From contig NZ_LT594522.1 of the NCBI RefSeq assembly GCF_900090215.1, positions 150,001-182,000 on the forward strand: 32,000 nucleotides of DNA. The letters run 5' to 3'. Numbering within the stretch: position 1 is the first letter of the stretch; every line of letters starts with the position of its first letter. Shown one piece after another: positions 1 through 9,123 of the stretch. This DNA comes from a secondary endosymbiont of Trabutina mannipara. GTDB lineage: Bacteria > Pseudomonadota > Gammaproteobacteria > Enterobacterales > Enterobacteriaceae. The notes under the pieces are model-generated. The model did no database searches. It was not told where the DNA came from and saw nothing but the letters and a program-made list of their open reading frames with translations. The position numbers were made by a program, and so were the translations under genes.

Positions 1-978
1 AAAACTAAGAATAGGTTTATCTTCTACAGATACGATAATATCTCCAGCTTTAATACCAGCCTTAGCTGCAGCAGAATTGGGCAATACTTCGCTAACGAAA
101 GCGCCCCTATGGACTTCAATATTAAATGTTTTAGCAATCTCTGCAGTTAGCTCAGTGCCTTTTATTCCCAGTTGACCGCGTTTAACTTTTCCATATTCAA
201 TTAGTTGCTGACTTAGTTTTTTAACAATATTGCTAGGTATGGCGAAACCAATACCTATATTTCCACCTCCTGGTGCTATAATAGCAGTATTAATACCTAT
301 TAACTCGCCATTAAGGTTAACTAGCGCACCACCTGAATTACCGCGATTGATAGAAGCATCAGTCTGAATAAAATTTTCTAAACCTTCTATATTAAGGCCG
401 CTACGTCCTAGAGCAGATACAATACCTGATGTTGCAGTCTGGCCAAGACCAAATGGATTACCTACTGCTACTGCAAAATCTCCTACTTGTAGAGCATCAG
501 AATCTGCTATAGTTATTTCGCTAAGATTTTTAGGATCTGATAATTGCAGTAACGCAAGATCTGTTTTTTCGTCATTACCAACAAGTTTAGCGTTAAATTC
601 ACAACCACCATTTAACTGTACTTTGATCTTATCTGCTCCATTGACTACATGATTGTTAGTGATTACATAGCCCTTTACTGCATTAATAATAACTCCTGAA
701 CCTAATCCTTCGAATTGGCGCATTAAACCATTACTTCCTTGATTATCAGGATAGAAAAAATATCTAAATTCATTGGGAAGCATGGGACGTCGTACAGGTT
801 TTGATCCTTCAACATGAACGCTTACTACCGCAGGTAGAACTTTTGTCAACATTGGTGCTAAGCTAGGTAGAGAAGATTGCCTAGTTACTTCTATTGGCAA
901 TACCGTAGCTGAAAATAAAAGTAAAATAATTCCTATACTTTTAAATAATAGAGATATAAATGGAAATTTTATTTTCAT
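1..978 (-). CDS. degQ: Periplasmic serine endoprotease of the HtrA family (DegQ-like). The N-terminal ~325 codons are present and the 3' end runs off the window.
   Basis: Own minus-strand translation from the ATG (CAT at 976-978) gives MKIKFPFISLLF..., a signal-peptide-like start. The catalytic motifs are SGVIINAVKGYVITNNHVV (revcomp 641-700), NDEKTDLALLQL (541-600), GDFAVAVGNPFGLGQTATSGIVSALGRS (401-490) and DASINRGNSGGALVNLNGEL (301-360). It resembles E. coli DegQ more than DegP as recalled. It is divergent from rplM, as degQ is in E. coli. Confidence 0.85.
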   Translation of the reverse strand, partial: MKIKFPFISLLFKSIGIILLLFSATVLPIEVTRQSSLPSLAPMLTKVLPAVVSVHVEGSKPVRRPMLPNEFRYFFYPDNQGSNGLMRQFEGLGSGVIINAVKGYVITNNHVVNGADKIKVQLNGGCEFNAKLVGNDEKTDLALLQLSDPKNLSEITIADSDALQVGDFAVAVGNPFGLGQTATSGIVSALGRSGLNIEGLENFIQTDASINRGNSGGALVNLNGELIGINTAIIAPGGGNIGIGFAIPSNIVKKLSQQLIEYGKVKRGQLGIKGTELTAEIAKTFNIEVHRGAFVSEVLPNSAAAKAGIKAGDIIVSVEDKPILSF

Positions 979-1201
979 TATGATGCTAACTCACATTCAA
1001 TTACCAAATGATGTCATCATTATAATCATTTTGCAGGTTACATAAAAGTTTAACTACAATTGCGAGTTCATAGATAGGATACGGTGTTCTAAAAAAATTC
1101 TAATTAAAAAATTAAAAAAGAGATAATTCACCTTTATTTTGAGTATTATAAAATTTATCTTAAATAAGGTTTCTAATATTTGATAGATATACTAATAACT
1201 T

Positions 1202-1239
1202 ATTGAAACTATTTTCATTTGATTGAAACTATTTTCATT
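1202..1239. repeat. Tandem duplication, 18-bp exact core with a 20-bp period
   Basis: attgaaactattttcatt occurs at 1202-1219 and 1222-1239, in the degQ/rplM spacer. Confidence 0.95.
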
Positions 1240-1495
1240 ATACAGATATGGTAGTTGACTATAAAGTCAGATCAGCAATAAATAAAATATTAAATTAAAA
1301 ATTAATTTTTATTAATATCAATTTTTGATTTTTTAACATAAAAAAAGTAGAATAATAGTAAAAATATTCTTTTTTTTAGAAATTAATTGCTTATAATTTT
1401 ATAATTAGGCTAAAAATAGAAAAATAAGTTTTCTGAATTAAAATTTATTGAAAATACACTTTATTAACTAACGTGTAACTTATAGGTAACCTTTT

Positions 1496-1924
1496 ATGAA
1501 AACTTTTATAGTAAAACCAAACATGGTTAAACATGACTGGTATATTATTGATGCTAAAGAAAAAATTCTTGGTCGTATTGCTACCGAGATAGCTTTTAGA
1601 TTACGTGGTAAGCATAAAGCAGAATATACGCCTCATGTAGATATTGGTGATTATATTATCGTATTAAATGCTGAAAAAGTAGTAGTTAGTGGTAACAAAA
1701 ATAATGATAAAATTTACTATCATTATACTGGTTATGTAGGTGGTATTAAAAAATCTAATTTTAAAGATATGATTGCTCGTAATTCTAAGCTAGTTATTGA
1801 AATTGCTGTTAAAGGTATGTTACCAACAGGACCTTTAGGTCGTGCTATGTTTCGTAAACTAAAAGTATACGAAGGTACTGAACACAACCATTCTGCACAA
1901 AAACCTAAAGTTCTAAATATTTAA
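1496..1924 (+). CDS. rplM: 50S ribosomal protein L13
   Basis: The 142-aa [36 protein letters not shown]... matches the L13 family and is followed by rpsI, as in the conserved rplM-rpsI operon. Confidence 0.97.
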   Translation: MKTFIVKPNMVKHDWYIIDAKEKILGRIATEIAFRLRGKHKAEYTPHVDIGDYIIVLNAEKVVVSGNKNNDKIYYHYTGYVGGIKKSNFKDMIARNSKLVIEIAVKGMLPTGPLGRAMFRKLKVYEGTEHNHSAQKPKVLNI

Positions 1925-1939
1925 TTGGAATTATAAATT

Positions 1940-2332
1940 ATGGTTATAAATCAATATTATGGTACTGGTCGCCGTAAAAGTTCCTCTGCTCGTGTTTTTA
2001 TTAAAGATGGTAATGGTAACATTATTATTAACAAACGAAGTTTAGATCAGTACTTTGGTCTAGAAACTACTAGAATTAGGGTTTTTCAACCACTAGAATT
2101 AGTAAATATGAAAGGTAAATTAGATATCTATATTACCGTTAAAGGAGGTGGTATATCTGGTCAAGCAGGAGCTATTCGTCATGGAATTACCCGTGCATTG
2201 ATAGAATATGACGAAAAATTACGTCCTTATTTTAGAAAAGCTGGTTTTGTTACTCGTGACTCACGTCACGTTGAACGTAAAAAATTCGGTTTGCACAAAT
2301 CACGTAAACGTCCACAGTTTTCGAAACGTTAA
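1940..2332 (+). CDS. rpsI: 30S ribosomal protein S9
   Basis: The 130-aa ORF ends ...[18 protein letters not shown], the typical S9 C-terminus, and starts 15 nt after rplM. Confidence 0.97.
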   Translation: MVINQYYGTGRRKSSSARVFIKDGNGNIIINKRSLDQYFGLETTRIRVFQPLELVNMKGKLDIYITVKGGGISGQAGAIRHGITRALIEYDEKLRPYFRKAGFVTRDSRHVERKKFGLHKSRKRPQFSKR

Positions 2333-2334
2333 AA

Positions 2335-2352
2335 AGCTAAATAAAATTAGCT
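2335..2352 (+). terminator. Weak candidate intrinsic terminator after rpsI
   Basis: The hairpin is agctaa-ataaaa-ttagct (6-bp AT-rich stem), starts 3 nt after the rpsI stop and is followed by atatttgtt. The stem is weak and the T-tract poor. Confidence 0.2.
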
Positions 2353-2386
2353 ATATTTGTTATGTGATGTGTATTATTTAAACATA

Positions 2387-2404
2387 CTAAATATCCTAAA
2401 TATC
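2387..2404. repeat. Exact 9-bp tandem duplication
   Basis: ctaaatatc occurs at 2387-2395 and 2396-2404. Confidence 0.9.
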
Positions 2405-2603
2405 TTTTAGCAGATTCCTTACTAGGTTGCAATAGCAAGAAACTACCAAAATTAATTTAACAAACCGTAATTAATAACAGCTTAGTAAATGCATAATTAT
2501 GTTTATTGTACTAGCTATTCTCTTTTTTAAGAGAAATAAAATTATCTAATTGCTGATACACGAAAATTATTTTTTTTTAAAAAAAAATTTTGGTATTCTA
2601 AAT

Positions 2604-3494
2604 ATGAATCAATATCAGGAAATAAATATTTCTGCATCAACATTATATATAGTACCTACTCCTATTGGAAATTTGGGAGATATTACTTATAGATCTCTTT
2701 CTGTATTACAGGGTGTTGATATTATTGCTGCTGAAAATACCCGTAATACTGGTTTTTTATTACAACATTTTGCTATAAATGCAAAATTATTTACGTTTCA
2801 TAATTATAATGAAAAGCAAAGAACCAAAATTTTATTAGAGCAGCTCCAAAATGGAAAAAGTATAGCGTTGGTTTCAGATGCAGGTACACCACTTATTAAT
2901 GATTCTGGATATCATCTTGTGCGTATTTGTCATGAGTGTAGTATCCGCATAGTGCCATTACCAGGAGCTTGTGCAGCTATTACTGCGCTATCAGCTTCTG
3001 GTCTTCCCTCTAATCGTTTTTGTTATGAAGGTTTTATTCCAGCGAAACGTAAAGCACGCCTTGATTTTTTACAATATCTGGCTAAAGAATCGCGTACGAT
3101 GATTTTTTATGAGTCTACACATAGACTACTAGAAAGTTTGGCAGATATGGTTATTGTATGGGGTTCTTTGCGCTATATTGTTCTAGCAAGGGAATTGACC
3201 AAGACCTGGGAAACAATTTATGGAGCACCTGTTGCTAAACTTATCAGTTGGATACATGAGGATAAAATGCGTTGTCGCGGCGAAATATCGCTTATTGTCA
3301 AAGGTTATCAAGAACAAAAAAATGTGTTGTATCCAAAATATTTACGTACCTTATCGCTGTTACTAGAAGAATTACCGTTAAAAAAAGCAGTATCGATGGT
3401 AGCTAAACTTCACAGTGTAAAGAAAAACATAATGTATCGATGTGCTCTTGATTTGCAAAAAAAGCGTAATTTGGCACATTTTCATAGAAAATAA
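2604..3494 (+). CDS. rsmI: 16S rRNA (cytidine1402-2'-O)-methyltransferase RsmI
   Basis: From the ATG at 2604 the protein reads [28 protein letters not shown]...[19 protein letters not shown]...[12 protein letters not shown]...[12 protein letters not shown], collinear with E. coli RsmI (YraL). The ORF-track start at 2550 is a TTG giving an 18-aa extension with no homology. Confidence 0.9.
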   Translation: MNQYQEINISASTLYIVPTPIGNLGDITYRSLSVLQGVDIIAAENTRNTGFLLQHFAINAKLFTFHNYNEKQRTKILLEQLQNGKSIALVSDAGTPLINDSGYHLVRICHECSIRIVPLPGACAAITALSASGLPSNRFCYEGFIPAKRKARLDFLQYLAKESRTMIFYESTHRLLESLADMVIVWGSLRYIVLARELTKTWETIYGAPVAKLISWIHEDKMRCRGEISLIVKGYQEQKNVLYPKYLRTLSLLLEELPLKKAVSMVAKLHSVKKNIMYRCALDLQKKRNLAHFHRK

Positions 3495-3521
3495 TCTTAT
3501 TATTAATATATAATAAGTTTT

Positions 3522-3886
3522 AGAGTTGACCAGACAGTCGCTGCTTTACTTTAACGTAAGGAAAGTAGAGGAAAGTCCGGGCTCCATTGGGTATGGGTGC
3601 CAGGTAACTCCTGGGAGGTGTAAATCTGCGACAAGTGCAACAGAAAATAAACCGCCGATGGACCATAAAATGGGATCAGGTAAAGTTGAAAAGGTGTGGT
3701 AAGAGCGCACCGCGCTACTGGTAACAGTTTGCGGCAATGTAAACTCCACCCGGAGCAAAGCCAAATAGTGGTTCATATAGTACGGCCCGTACTTGAACCA
3801 GGGTAGGCTGCTTGAGCTATTGTGCGAACGATAGCCTAGATGAATGACTGTCCACGACAGAACCCGGCTTAACGGTCAACTCTAAA
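3522..3886 (+). ncRNA. rnpB: RNase P RNA (M1 RNA, bacterial type A)
   Basis: The sequence agagttgaccagacagtcgc...ggaaagtccgggctccat...ggtgccaggtaac...gtgcaacagaaa..aaccgccgatgg...gatcaggtaa..gtgaaa.ggtg.ggtaagagcgcaccgcgc...ggtaacag...gtaaactccacccggagcaa.gccaaatag.ggttcat...gtacggcccgtact.gaacc.gggtaggctgcttgag...cctagatgaatgactgtccacgacagaacccggctta.cggtca is near-identical in conserved blocks to E. coli rnpB. The P1 ends pair (agagttgacc / ggtcaactct). Confidence 0.95.
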
Positions 3887-4013
3887 AAAGAAAGATTATC
3901 TAGGCGTATATATGTGTATTGTACACTACGTGCTTATTTAAACAAATTATTATGTTTGATTGTGCATCAATGCATATAATCACACCAAAAATATATCAAC
4001 ACTGAATATTTAT

Positions 4014-4087
4014 TACGCCCTACTGGATTCGGACCAGTGACCTACGGCTTAGAAGGCCGTTGCTCTATCCAGCTGAGCTAAGGGCGC
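4014..4087 (-). tRNA. argU: tRNA-Arg (anticodon UCU)
   Basis: The reverse complement is GCGCCCT TA GCTC AGCTGGATA GAGC A ACGGC CTTCTAA GCCGT AGGTC ACTGG TCCGAAT CCAGT AGGGCGT A. This folds as a cloverleaf with anticodon TCT and is very similar to E. coli argU. No CCA is encoded. Confidence 0.9.
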
Positions 4088-4257
4088 ACAAATTTTATAT
4101 CCCAAATATTAATTTTTAGTTTTTAAGTCAATAGCTTATTGCTTTTGTATTTTTACATTAAATAAAAAAGCAACTTTGCTCAATTTTAAAATGCAGTATA
4201 ATAAAAGCTATTTCTCTATCTAATAGAGTTACAGATAGATGTATGAATCGATTATAT

Positions 4258-5664
4258 TTAGTTACGACGCCAGGTAGTACCTTTATGGTTATCTTCTAGA
4301 ACAATACCTAGCATATTTAATTTATCTCTTATTTGATCTGCTATTGCCCACTGTTTGCAATTTCTAGCTTTATTACGTTGCTTAATTAAAGCAGCAATTT
4401 GAATATTTTCATTATTATTTACTTTATTTGATTTATCAGCTGTGTTTGCTTTTTGCTGTAAAAAAGTACCTGGATCTTGCTGTAATAAACCCAAAACACC
4501 AGCCAAATGTCGTAAAGTTGCTGCCATACCAGGCACTGCATCTGGATGTTGACTTTTTAGTCTATTAATTTCTCGTGCTATACTAAATAAAACAGCATAA
4601 GCTTCTGGTGTATTAAAATCGTCATCCATGGCAGCAATGAATTGCTCTACAAATTTTGTACCACCTGTAGGAGCAATTGTTGTATCAGTACCGCGTAAAG
4701 CAATATACAGACGTTCTATTGCTGCTCTAGCTTGTTTAATATTCTCTTTGCTGTAATTAAGTTGATTGCGATAATGACCAGATATTAAGAAATAACGTAT
4801 AGTTTCAGCATCGTAATTTTGCAAAACATCACGTACAGTAAAAAAGTTTCCTGTTGATTTTGACATTTTATTACCATTAACCATTACCATACCGGAATGC
4901 ATCCATATATTAACGTAAGGGCCGTTGTGGATACAAGTGGACTGTGCAATTTCATTTTCATGATGCGGAAAAATTAAATCAGAACCACCACCATGAATAT
5001 CAAAATGATAACCAAGGTGCTTAATATTCATAGCTGAACATTCAATATGCCAACCAGGTCTGCCTTTTCCCCATGGAGATTGCCAACTAGGTTCACCATA
5101 CTTCGACATTTTCCACAACACAAAATCTATGGGATTTTTTTTTACTTTATTAACTTCTGTGCAAGAAAAAACTTGAAGTTGCTCTATATTTTGTTGGGAA
5201 AGTAGGCCATAATTATTTTGTGTCTTAACAGAAAACATAATATCTCCATTATAGGCAACATAGGCATGTTTTTTTTCTATTAGCTTACTAACCATCTCAA
5301 TTATTGCATCTATATAGTGTGTGGCGCGAGGCTCATTATCTGGACGTAAAATATTAAGTATCTCAAAATCTCTATGCATCTCCAAAATCATGCTTTCTGT
5401 AAGATGTTGAACTGTATCACCTTTTTCAGTAGCACGTTTTATAATTTTATCATCAATATCTGTAATATTACGTATATAATTTACATTAAAACCTCGATAT
5501 CGTAGATATCGAGTAACAATATCAAAAAATACAAAAGTACGCCCATGTCCAATATGGCATAAATCATATACAGTAATTCCACAAACATATATACCAACTT
5601 TACTTGAAGATATAGGTTTAAATTTTTCTTTTTTGCGTGTAAGTGTATTAAAAATTTTAAGCAT
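4258..5664 (-). CDS. cysS: Cysteine--tRNA ligase
   Basis: The [20 protein letters not shown]...[17 protein letters not shown] (HIGH motif)...[10 protein letters not shown] (KMSKS motif)...GTTWRRN is collinear with E. coli CysS. The ATG at 5664 is preferred over the TTG one codon upstream at 5667. Confidence 0.96.
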   Translation of the reverse strand: MLKIFNTLTRKKEKFKPISSSKVGIYVCGITVYDLCHIGHGRTFVFFDIVTRYLRYRGFNVNYIRNITDIDDKIIKRATEKGDTVQHLTESMILEMHRDFEILNILRPDNEPRATHYIDAIIEMVSKLIEKKHAYVAYNGDIMFSVKTQNNYGLLSQQNIEQLQVFSCTEVNKVKKNPIDFVLWKMSKYGEPSWQSPWGKGRPGWHIECSAMNIKHLGYHFDIHGGGSDLIFPHHENEIAQSTCIHNGPYVNIWMHSGMVMVNGNKMSKSTGNFFTVRDVLQNYDAETIRYFLISGHYRNQLNYSKENIKQARAAIERLYIALRGTDTTIAPTGGTKFVEQFIAAMDDDFNTPEAYAVLFSIAREINRLKSQHPDAVPGMAATLRHLAGVLGLLQQDPGTFLQQKANTADKSNKVNNNENIQIAALIKQRNKARNCKQWAIADQIRDKLNMLGIVLEDNHKGTTWRRN

Positions 5665-6035
5665 CAAAATTCTTCTATTATTTTAGTTTTTCTTTTTTTT
5701 ATTTTCTTTTTTTAATGTGCGCTTTCAAAAAATTACAAATACAAATAAAAAAAAGCTATTAAATAAATGTATAATCAATATGATTCTTTATCAAAGAATA
5801 GAATGTCAGCGCTTTTCTTGCCTATATGTTTTCCTAATATTACTATCGGTGTTTTTTTAAAATTTTACACAATAGTGTGATTATTTTATTTATTGCAAAC
5901 GAAAGTATTCATGCTAATTCAAAATGCTAATTTAGTTAATGCACATTACAGTTATAGAGCTAAATAGCTTTTTTAAATTTTTTGCAGTTGTTATGGTGGT
6001 TTAATAATTTTTTTAAAAAATTTAAAGTAATAAAA

Positions 6036-6053
6036 ATATCTGTAATATCTGTA
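6036..6053. repeat. Exact 9-bp tandem duplication (within the putative dnaX tail remnant)
   Basis: atatctgta occurs at 6036-6044 and 6045-6053. Confidence 0.9.
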
Positions 6054-6107
6054 ATTCAGAACTTAGAACTGTATTCTTTGTATTCTTTTTTGTATAAAAT
6101 AAGTATT

Positions 6108-6127
6108 CTAATTACTACTAATTACTA
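6108..6127. repeat. Exact 10-bp tandem duplication
   Basis: ctaattacta occurs at 6108-6117 and 6118-6127. Confidence 0.9.
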
Positions 6128-6147
6128 GTTGTAAATTATTTTATACA

Positions 6148-7812
6148 CTATTTATTATTTTTATTGTATTTGTTAAACCCAAATTTGGATAATTTTTCTA
6201 GTACACGGTTAGCAATTTTCTTATGTTGTAATGTTATTAATTGATCATTTTTATTTTTTTTAAGTTTTTTAGATCGAAGCAAAGCTGTTCTAGCCTGCAA
6301 AATATGCATTGTATCATCAGGCAAAATTTTATTTTCTACAAAAATATTAGCTGATGCAATCTGTATAATATTAAGATTTTGTTCTTCCACAGTTTGTTCT
6401 TCCACAGCAGTAGCTATTCGATAAAAAGAATTGAAAGATATTTGCATAATTTCAAATTTTTTTTTCTGATCTTCAGCACAGATCATCCTATCGGATAGGA
6501 ATATATTACTAGTTAGAATATTGTTAGTTAGAATATTGTTATAATTTTTCTTAATTATTTTATGTATAATTTTATTTTTATTAATGTCAATGTTCGTTTT
6601 TTTTTTATTTAATCCATCTATTGTTACAGTTTCTCTAGAGAGAGAAATTTTTTTGTTAATAACAGAGCTAAATTTAGATGTTTTTTTTTCTGCACTAGCT
6701 GGTATAATTTTTGCTTGCATCGTGTTAGGATAAAAAGCTAATGCCCGTAGCAATGTTATCTCAACTCCTATCCGAGGATTAGGAGCAAAAGGAAGCTCTT
6801 TTCTTCCAATAAGTATAGTTTGGTAATATAGCTGTAACTCCTCTGGAGAAAGACGTTGAGCTAATTTTTGTAAACGTAACATTATATCATTATTTTCTTC
6901 ATATTTTAACTGATCTTGCAATAGCTGTCCTATTGCGATGCGATGTAATAAATAAAGTATTTCAACTAGTAAATTTTCCCAATCTATGCCGCTTTTTGCG
7001 TATTTTGCAAGTTGTTTCAACATAGTACCGCCATCAGCCTTGGCAAGGGACTCAATAATAGTTAACGGTTGATCGGTATTTAACGTACCTAGCATTATAT
7101 TTACCGTATCGGTACTTATCTTTCCTTGACCTATTAATATAGCCTGATCAGTTAGACTAAGAGCATCACGCATACTACCTGCAGCGGCGCGAGCTAATAA
7201 CTGTAGTGCTTGCGGCTCAACAGCAATATTTTCTTTATGTAAAATTTTTGATAAATAATTTCGTATTTGCTCTATATCAATTGCCTTTAAATGAAATTGT
7301 AAACATCGAGAAATGATAGTTACTGGAATTTTCTGAGGATCAGTTGTAGCTAGTAAAAATTTAACATGTTCTGGAGGTTCTTCTAGTGTTTTCAACAGAG
7401 CGTTAAAACTATAACGTGACAGCATATGTACTTCATCTATTATATAGATCTTAAAGCGACCTCGTGTGGGAACATATTGTACGTTATCTATCAGTTCACG
7501 TGTATCTTCAACTTTAGTACGCGAAGCAGCATCAATTTCAATTAGATCTACAAAACAAGATTGCGCAATTTCGCGGCAATTTTGACACTGATCGCATGGA
7601 CTATCAGTAATACCAATTTTGCAATTTAGTCCTTTTGCTAGCAGACGGGCAATAGTTGTTTTGCCAACACCGCGCATACCAGATAATAAATATGAATGAT
7701 GGATCCTTCCTAATAAAATACTGTTTGCTAACGCCGTCAAAATATGTTTTTGACCGACTACGTCAGCAAATTTTTGGGGACGCCACTTACGGGCTAGCAC
7801 TTGATAGTTCAT
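6148..7812 (-). CDS. dnaX: DNA polymerase III subunit DnaX (gamma/tau), 554 aa. Domains I-III are intact, the linker is expanded and low-complexity, and most of the tau-specific C-terminus appears absent.
   Basis: MNYQVLARKWRPQKFADVVGQKHIL...GMRGVGKTT (Walker A)...CKIGITDSPCDQCQNC (Zn module)...IIDEVHML...ISRCLQF (SRC motif)...LRALAFYP is collinear with E. coli DnaX residues 1 to about 370. The C-terminal HILQARTALLRSKKLKKNKND..IANRVLEKLSKF aligns, with identical 20-residue spacing, to E. coli QVLAARQQLQRVQGATKAKKSEP..VNNALERLASV around the gamma/tau junction. Confidence 0.93.
   Translation of the reverse strand: MNYQVLARKWRPQKFADVVGQKHILTALANSILLGRIHHSYLLSGMRGVGKTTIARLLAKGLNCKIGITDSPCDQCQNCREIAQSCFVDLIEIDAASRTKVEDTRELIDNVQYVPTRGRFKIYIIDEVHMLSRYSFNALLKTLEEPPEHVKFLLATTDPQKIPVTIISRCLQFHLKAIDIEQIRNYLSKILHKENIAVEPQALQLLARAAAGSMRDALSLTDQAILIGQGKISTDTVNIMLGTLNTDQPLTIIESLAKADGGTMLKQLAKYAKSGIDWENLLVEILYLLHRIAIGQLLQDQLKYEENNDIMLRLQKLAQRLSPEELQLYYQTILIGRKELPFAPNPRIGVEITLLRALAFYPNTMQAKIIPASAEKKTSKFSSVINKKISLSRETVTIDGLNKKKTNIDINKNKIIHKIIKKNYNNILTNNILTSNIFLSDRMICAEDQKKKFEIMQISFNSFYRIATAVEEQTVEEQNLNIIQIASANIFVENKILPDDTMHILQARTALLRSKKLKKNKNDQLITLQHKKIANRVLEKLSKFGFNKYNKNNK
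6378..6407. repeat. Exact 15-bp tandem duplication inside dnaX (in frame, TVEEQ x2)
   Basis: tttgttcttccacag occurs at 6378-6392 and again at 6393-6407. Confidence 0.95.
6510..6539. repeat. Exact 15-bp tandem duplication inside dnaX (in frame, NNILT x2)
   Basis: tagttagaatattgt occurs at 6510-6524 and again at 6525-6539. Confidence 0.95.
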
Positions 7813-7855
7813 AATTTTTAAAAGTTAGTTATATTAACACATTTTTAATTTTAGT

Positions 7856-7943
7856 TAAGTTATTTAAGATTAAGTTATTTAAGATTAAGTTATTTAAGAG
7901 TATTGTTTATTTTAAATATTTTAAGAGTATTGTTTATTTTAAA
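7856..7943. repeat. Compound tandem repeat in the dnaX/rpsP divergent spacer: a 15-bp unit x3 followed by a 27-bp-period unit x2
   Basis: taagttatttaagat occurs at 7856-7870 and 7871-7885, with a 14/15 copy at 7886-7900. aagagtattgtttattttaaa occurs at 7896-7916 and 7923-7943. Confidence 0.95.
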
Positions 7944-8162
7944 ATTGGTATTATGTTCATAACATAAATTTTAATCTAGTAAATTATATTAAAATTTAAA
8001 TTTTGCTAATTGATAATCAAATTATCATAAATTAAAATTTATTTTAAAAAAATTTAAATGATTTTTTTATCTGCTAAATTAGCAGATTGTATAATCTTAG
8101 CTGCAAAGTTAGCATCAAATATATTTTTCAGTTCTTGCATGCAGATTCAGTACTAATAAAGC

Positions 8163-8182
8163 AATTAAATAAAATTAAATAA
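8163..8182. repeat. Exact 10-bp tandem duplication
   Basis: aattaaataa occurs at 8163-8172 and 8173-8182. Confidence 0.85.
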
Positions 8183-8283
8183 AATATAGCTAAAAATATC
8201 AAAATATAATTATTGTATTGCTATTTACTGTAAAATAGGTAGTATTAGAATTGTTTTTATCAACTAAAGAGTATGTTCGTTTT

Positions 8284-8529
8284 ATGGTAACAATTCGTTT
8301 AGCACGTGGGGGCGCTAAAAAACACCCATTTTATCATATCGTCGTAACAGATAGTCGTAATGCTCGTGACGGCAATTTTATTGAACGTATCGGTTTTTTA
8401 AATCCCATACCTACTGGTAGAGCTGTTAGTTTTTTTTTAGATTTAGATCGTATTAAACATTGGATTAGTAAAGGTGCAACAGTTTCTAACAGAGTATCAA
8501 TTTTAATTAAAAATGCAAAAAAAGCATAA
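8284..8529 (+). CDS. rpsP: 30S ribosomal protein S16
   Basis: From the ATG at 8284 the protein reads [41 protein letters not shown]..., the canonical S16 N-terminus. The ORF-track start at 8251 is a TTG extension. Confidence 0.96.
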   Translation: MVTIRLARGGAKKHPFYHIVVTDSRNARDGNFIERIGFLNPIPTGRAVSFFLDLDRIKHWISKGATVSNRVSILIKNAKKA

Positions 8530-8559
8530 TATCTATTATTGATTTAATTAAATCAAATA

Positions 8560-9123
8560 ATGAATAAACTACTCAGTAGTATTATTACAGCAGCACAAGT
8601 TAAACCAATAAAACCAATAATTATTGGCAAGATAAAATCTGCGTATGGTATACGTGGTCAACTTAAAGTTGTTTCTTTTACTAAAGAAACAGCAAATATT
8701 TTTACTTATCAACCATGGTTTGTAAAAAAAAATCAGTGGCAGCAAATTAAGTTAGAAAGTTGGAAATTATACAATAAAAATCTAATTATCAGTATCATAA
8801 ACATTAAAAATAGGGAAGCAGCAATACTACTTACTAATTGCGAAATTGTCATAGAAACAGCACAATTACCAGAATTAGAAAAAGGGCAATATTATTGGAA
8901 AGACCTCATAGGATGTCAAGTAATTACTGTAAATGGTTATAATATGGGGAAAGTAGTTAATTTAATAGAAACTGGATCAAATGAGGTTTTAGTTGTAAAA
9001 TCTAACCCCAAAGATGCTTTTGGTATTCGAGAACGATTAATTCCGTTTTTAGATATACAAGTGATTAAAAATGTTGATATTATGGCTAAATTTATTGAAG
9101 TTATTTGGGATCCTAAATTTTGA
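8560..9123 (+). CDS. rimM: Ribosome maturation factor RimM
   Basis: The 187-aa ORF contains ..[73 protein letters not shown], collinear with E. coli RimM, and sits in the rpsP-rimM-trmD-rplS operon position. Confidence 0.95.
   Translation: MNKLLSSIITAAQVKPIKPIIIGKIKSAYGIRGQLKVVSFTKETANIFTYQPWFVKKNQWQQIKLESWKLYNKNLIISIINIKNREAAILLTNCEIVIETAQLPELEKGQYYWKDLIGCQVITVNGYNMGKVVNLIETGSNEVLVVKSNPKDAFGIRERLIPFLDIQVIKNVDIMAKFIEVIWDPKF

Larger units (their letters stand above)
5725..6147 (-). pseudogene. Probable eroded 3' tail of dnaX (tau-specific domains IV-V), in frame with the dnaX ORF but carrying many stop codons
   Basis: Reading on past the dnaX stop in the same frame gives ...SSELQILQIFLLL*..ITVMCIN*IS...KNTDSNIRKTYRQEKR*HSIL**RIILIIHLFNSFFLFVFVIF*. 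This loosely parallels the E. coli tau C-terminus as recalled (..PELAAKLAAEAI..NAVCLHLRS..EDDNPAVRTPLEWRQ..EEKLAQARESIIADNNIQTLRRFFDAELDEESIRPI*), including a similar distance from SII to the final stop. Identity is low and composition is AT-biased, so this is tentative. Confidence 0.35.

Noticed and set aside
2518-2535. A perfect 7-bp hairpin, ttctctt-tttt-aagagaa, upstream of rsmI
   Set aside because: No U-tract follows on either strand and no gene ends nearby in the right orientation. It is AT-rich and short, so it could be chance.
2550-2603. N-terminal extensions in the ORF track: rsmI TTG 2550, rpsP TTG 8251, ybeY GTG 26833, ligA TTG 19022 and cysS TTG 5667
   Set aside because: The homologous N-termini begin at the downstream ATGs, and the extensions have no counterpart in E. 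coli orthologues.
3546-3776. A 76-aa ORF on the minus strand
   Set aside because: It lies entirely inside and antisense to the RNase P RNA gene. Its relatively GC-rich open frame is a by-product of the structured RNA.
7856-7943. Could the tandem repeats be a CRISPR array or iterons?
   Set aside because: The units are directly abutting with no unique spacers, are 15-27 bp long, and occur only 2-3 times. No cas or rep genes are present. The same kind of duplication is scattered over the whole window, so a general slippage process explains them better.
8069-8087. An 8-bp perfect inverted repeat, atctgcta-aat-tagcagat, in the dnaX/rpsP spacer
   Set aside because: It might be an operator or a remnant terminator, but the T-run precedes rather than follows it. 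I have no family assignment or supporting context.
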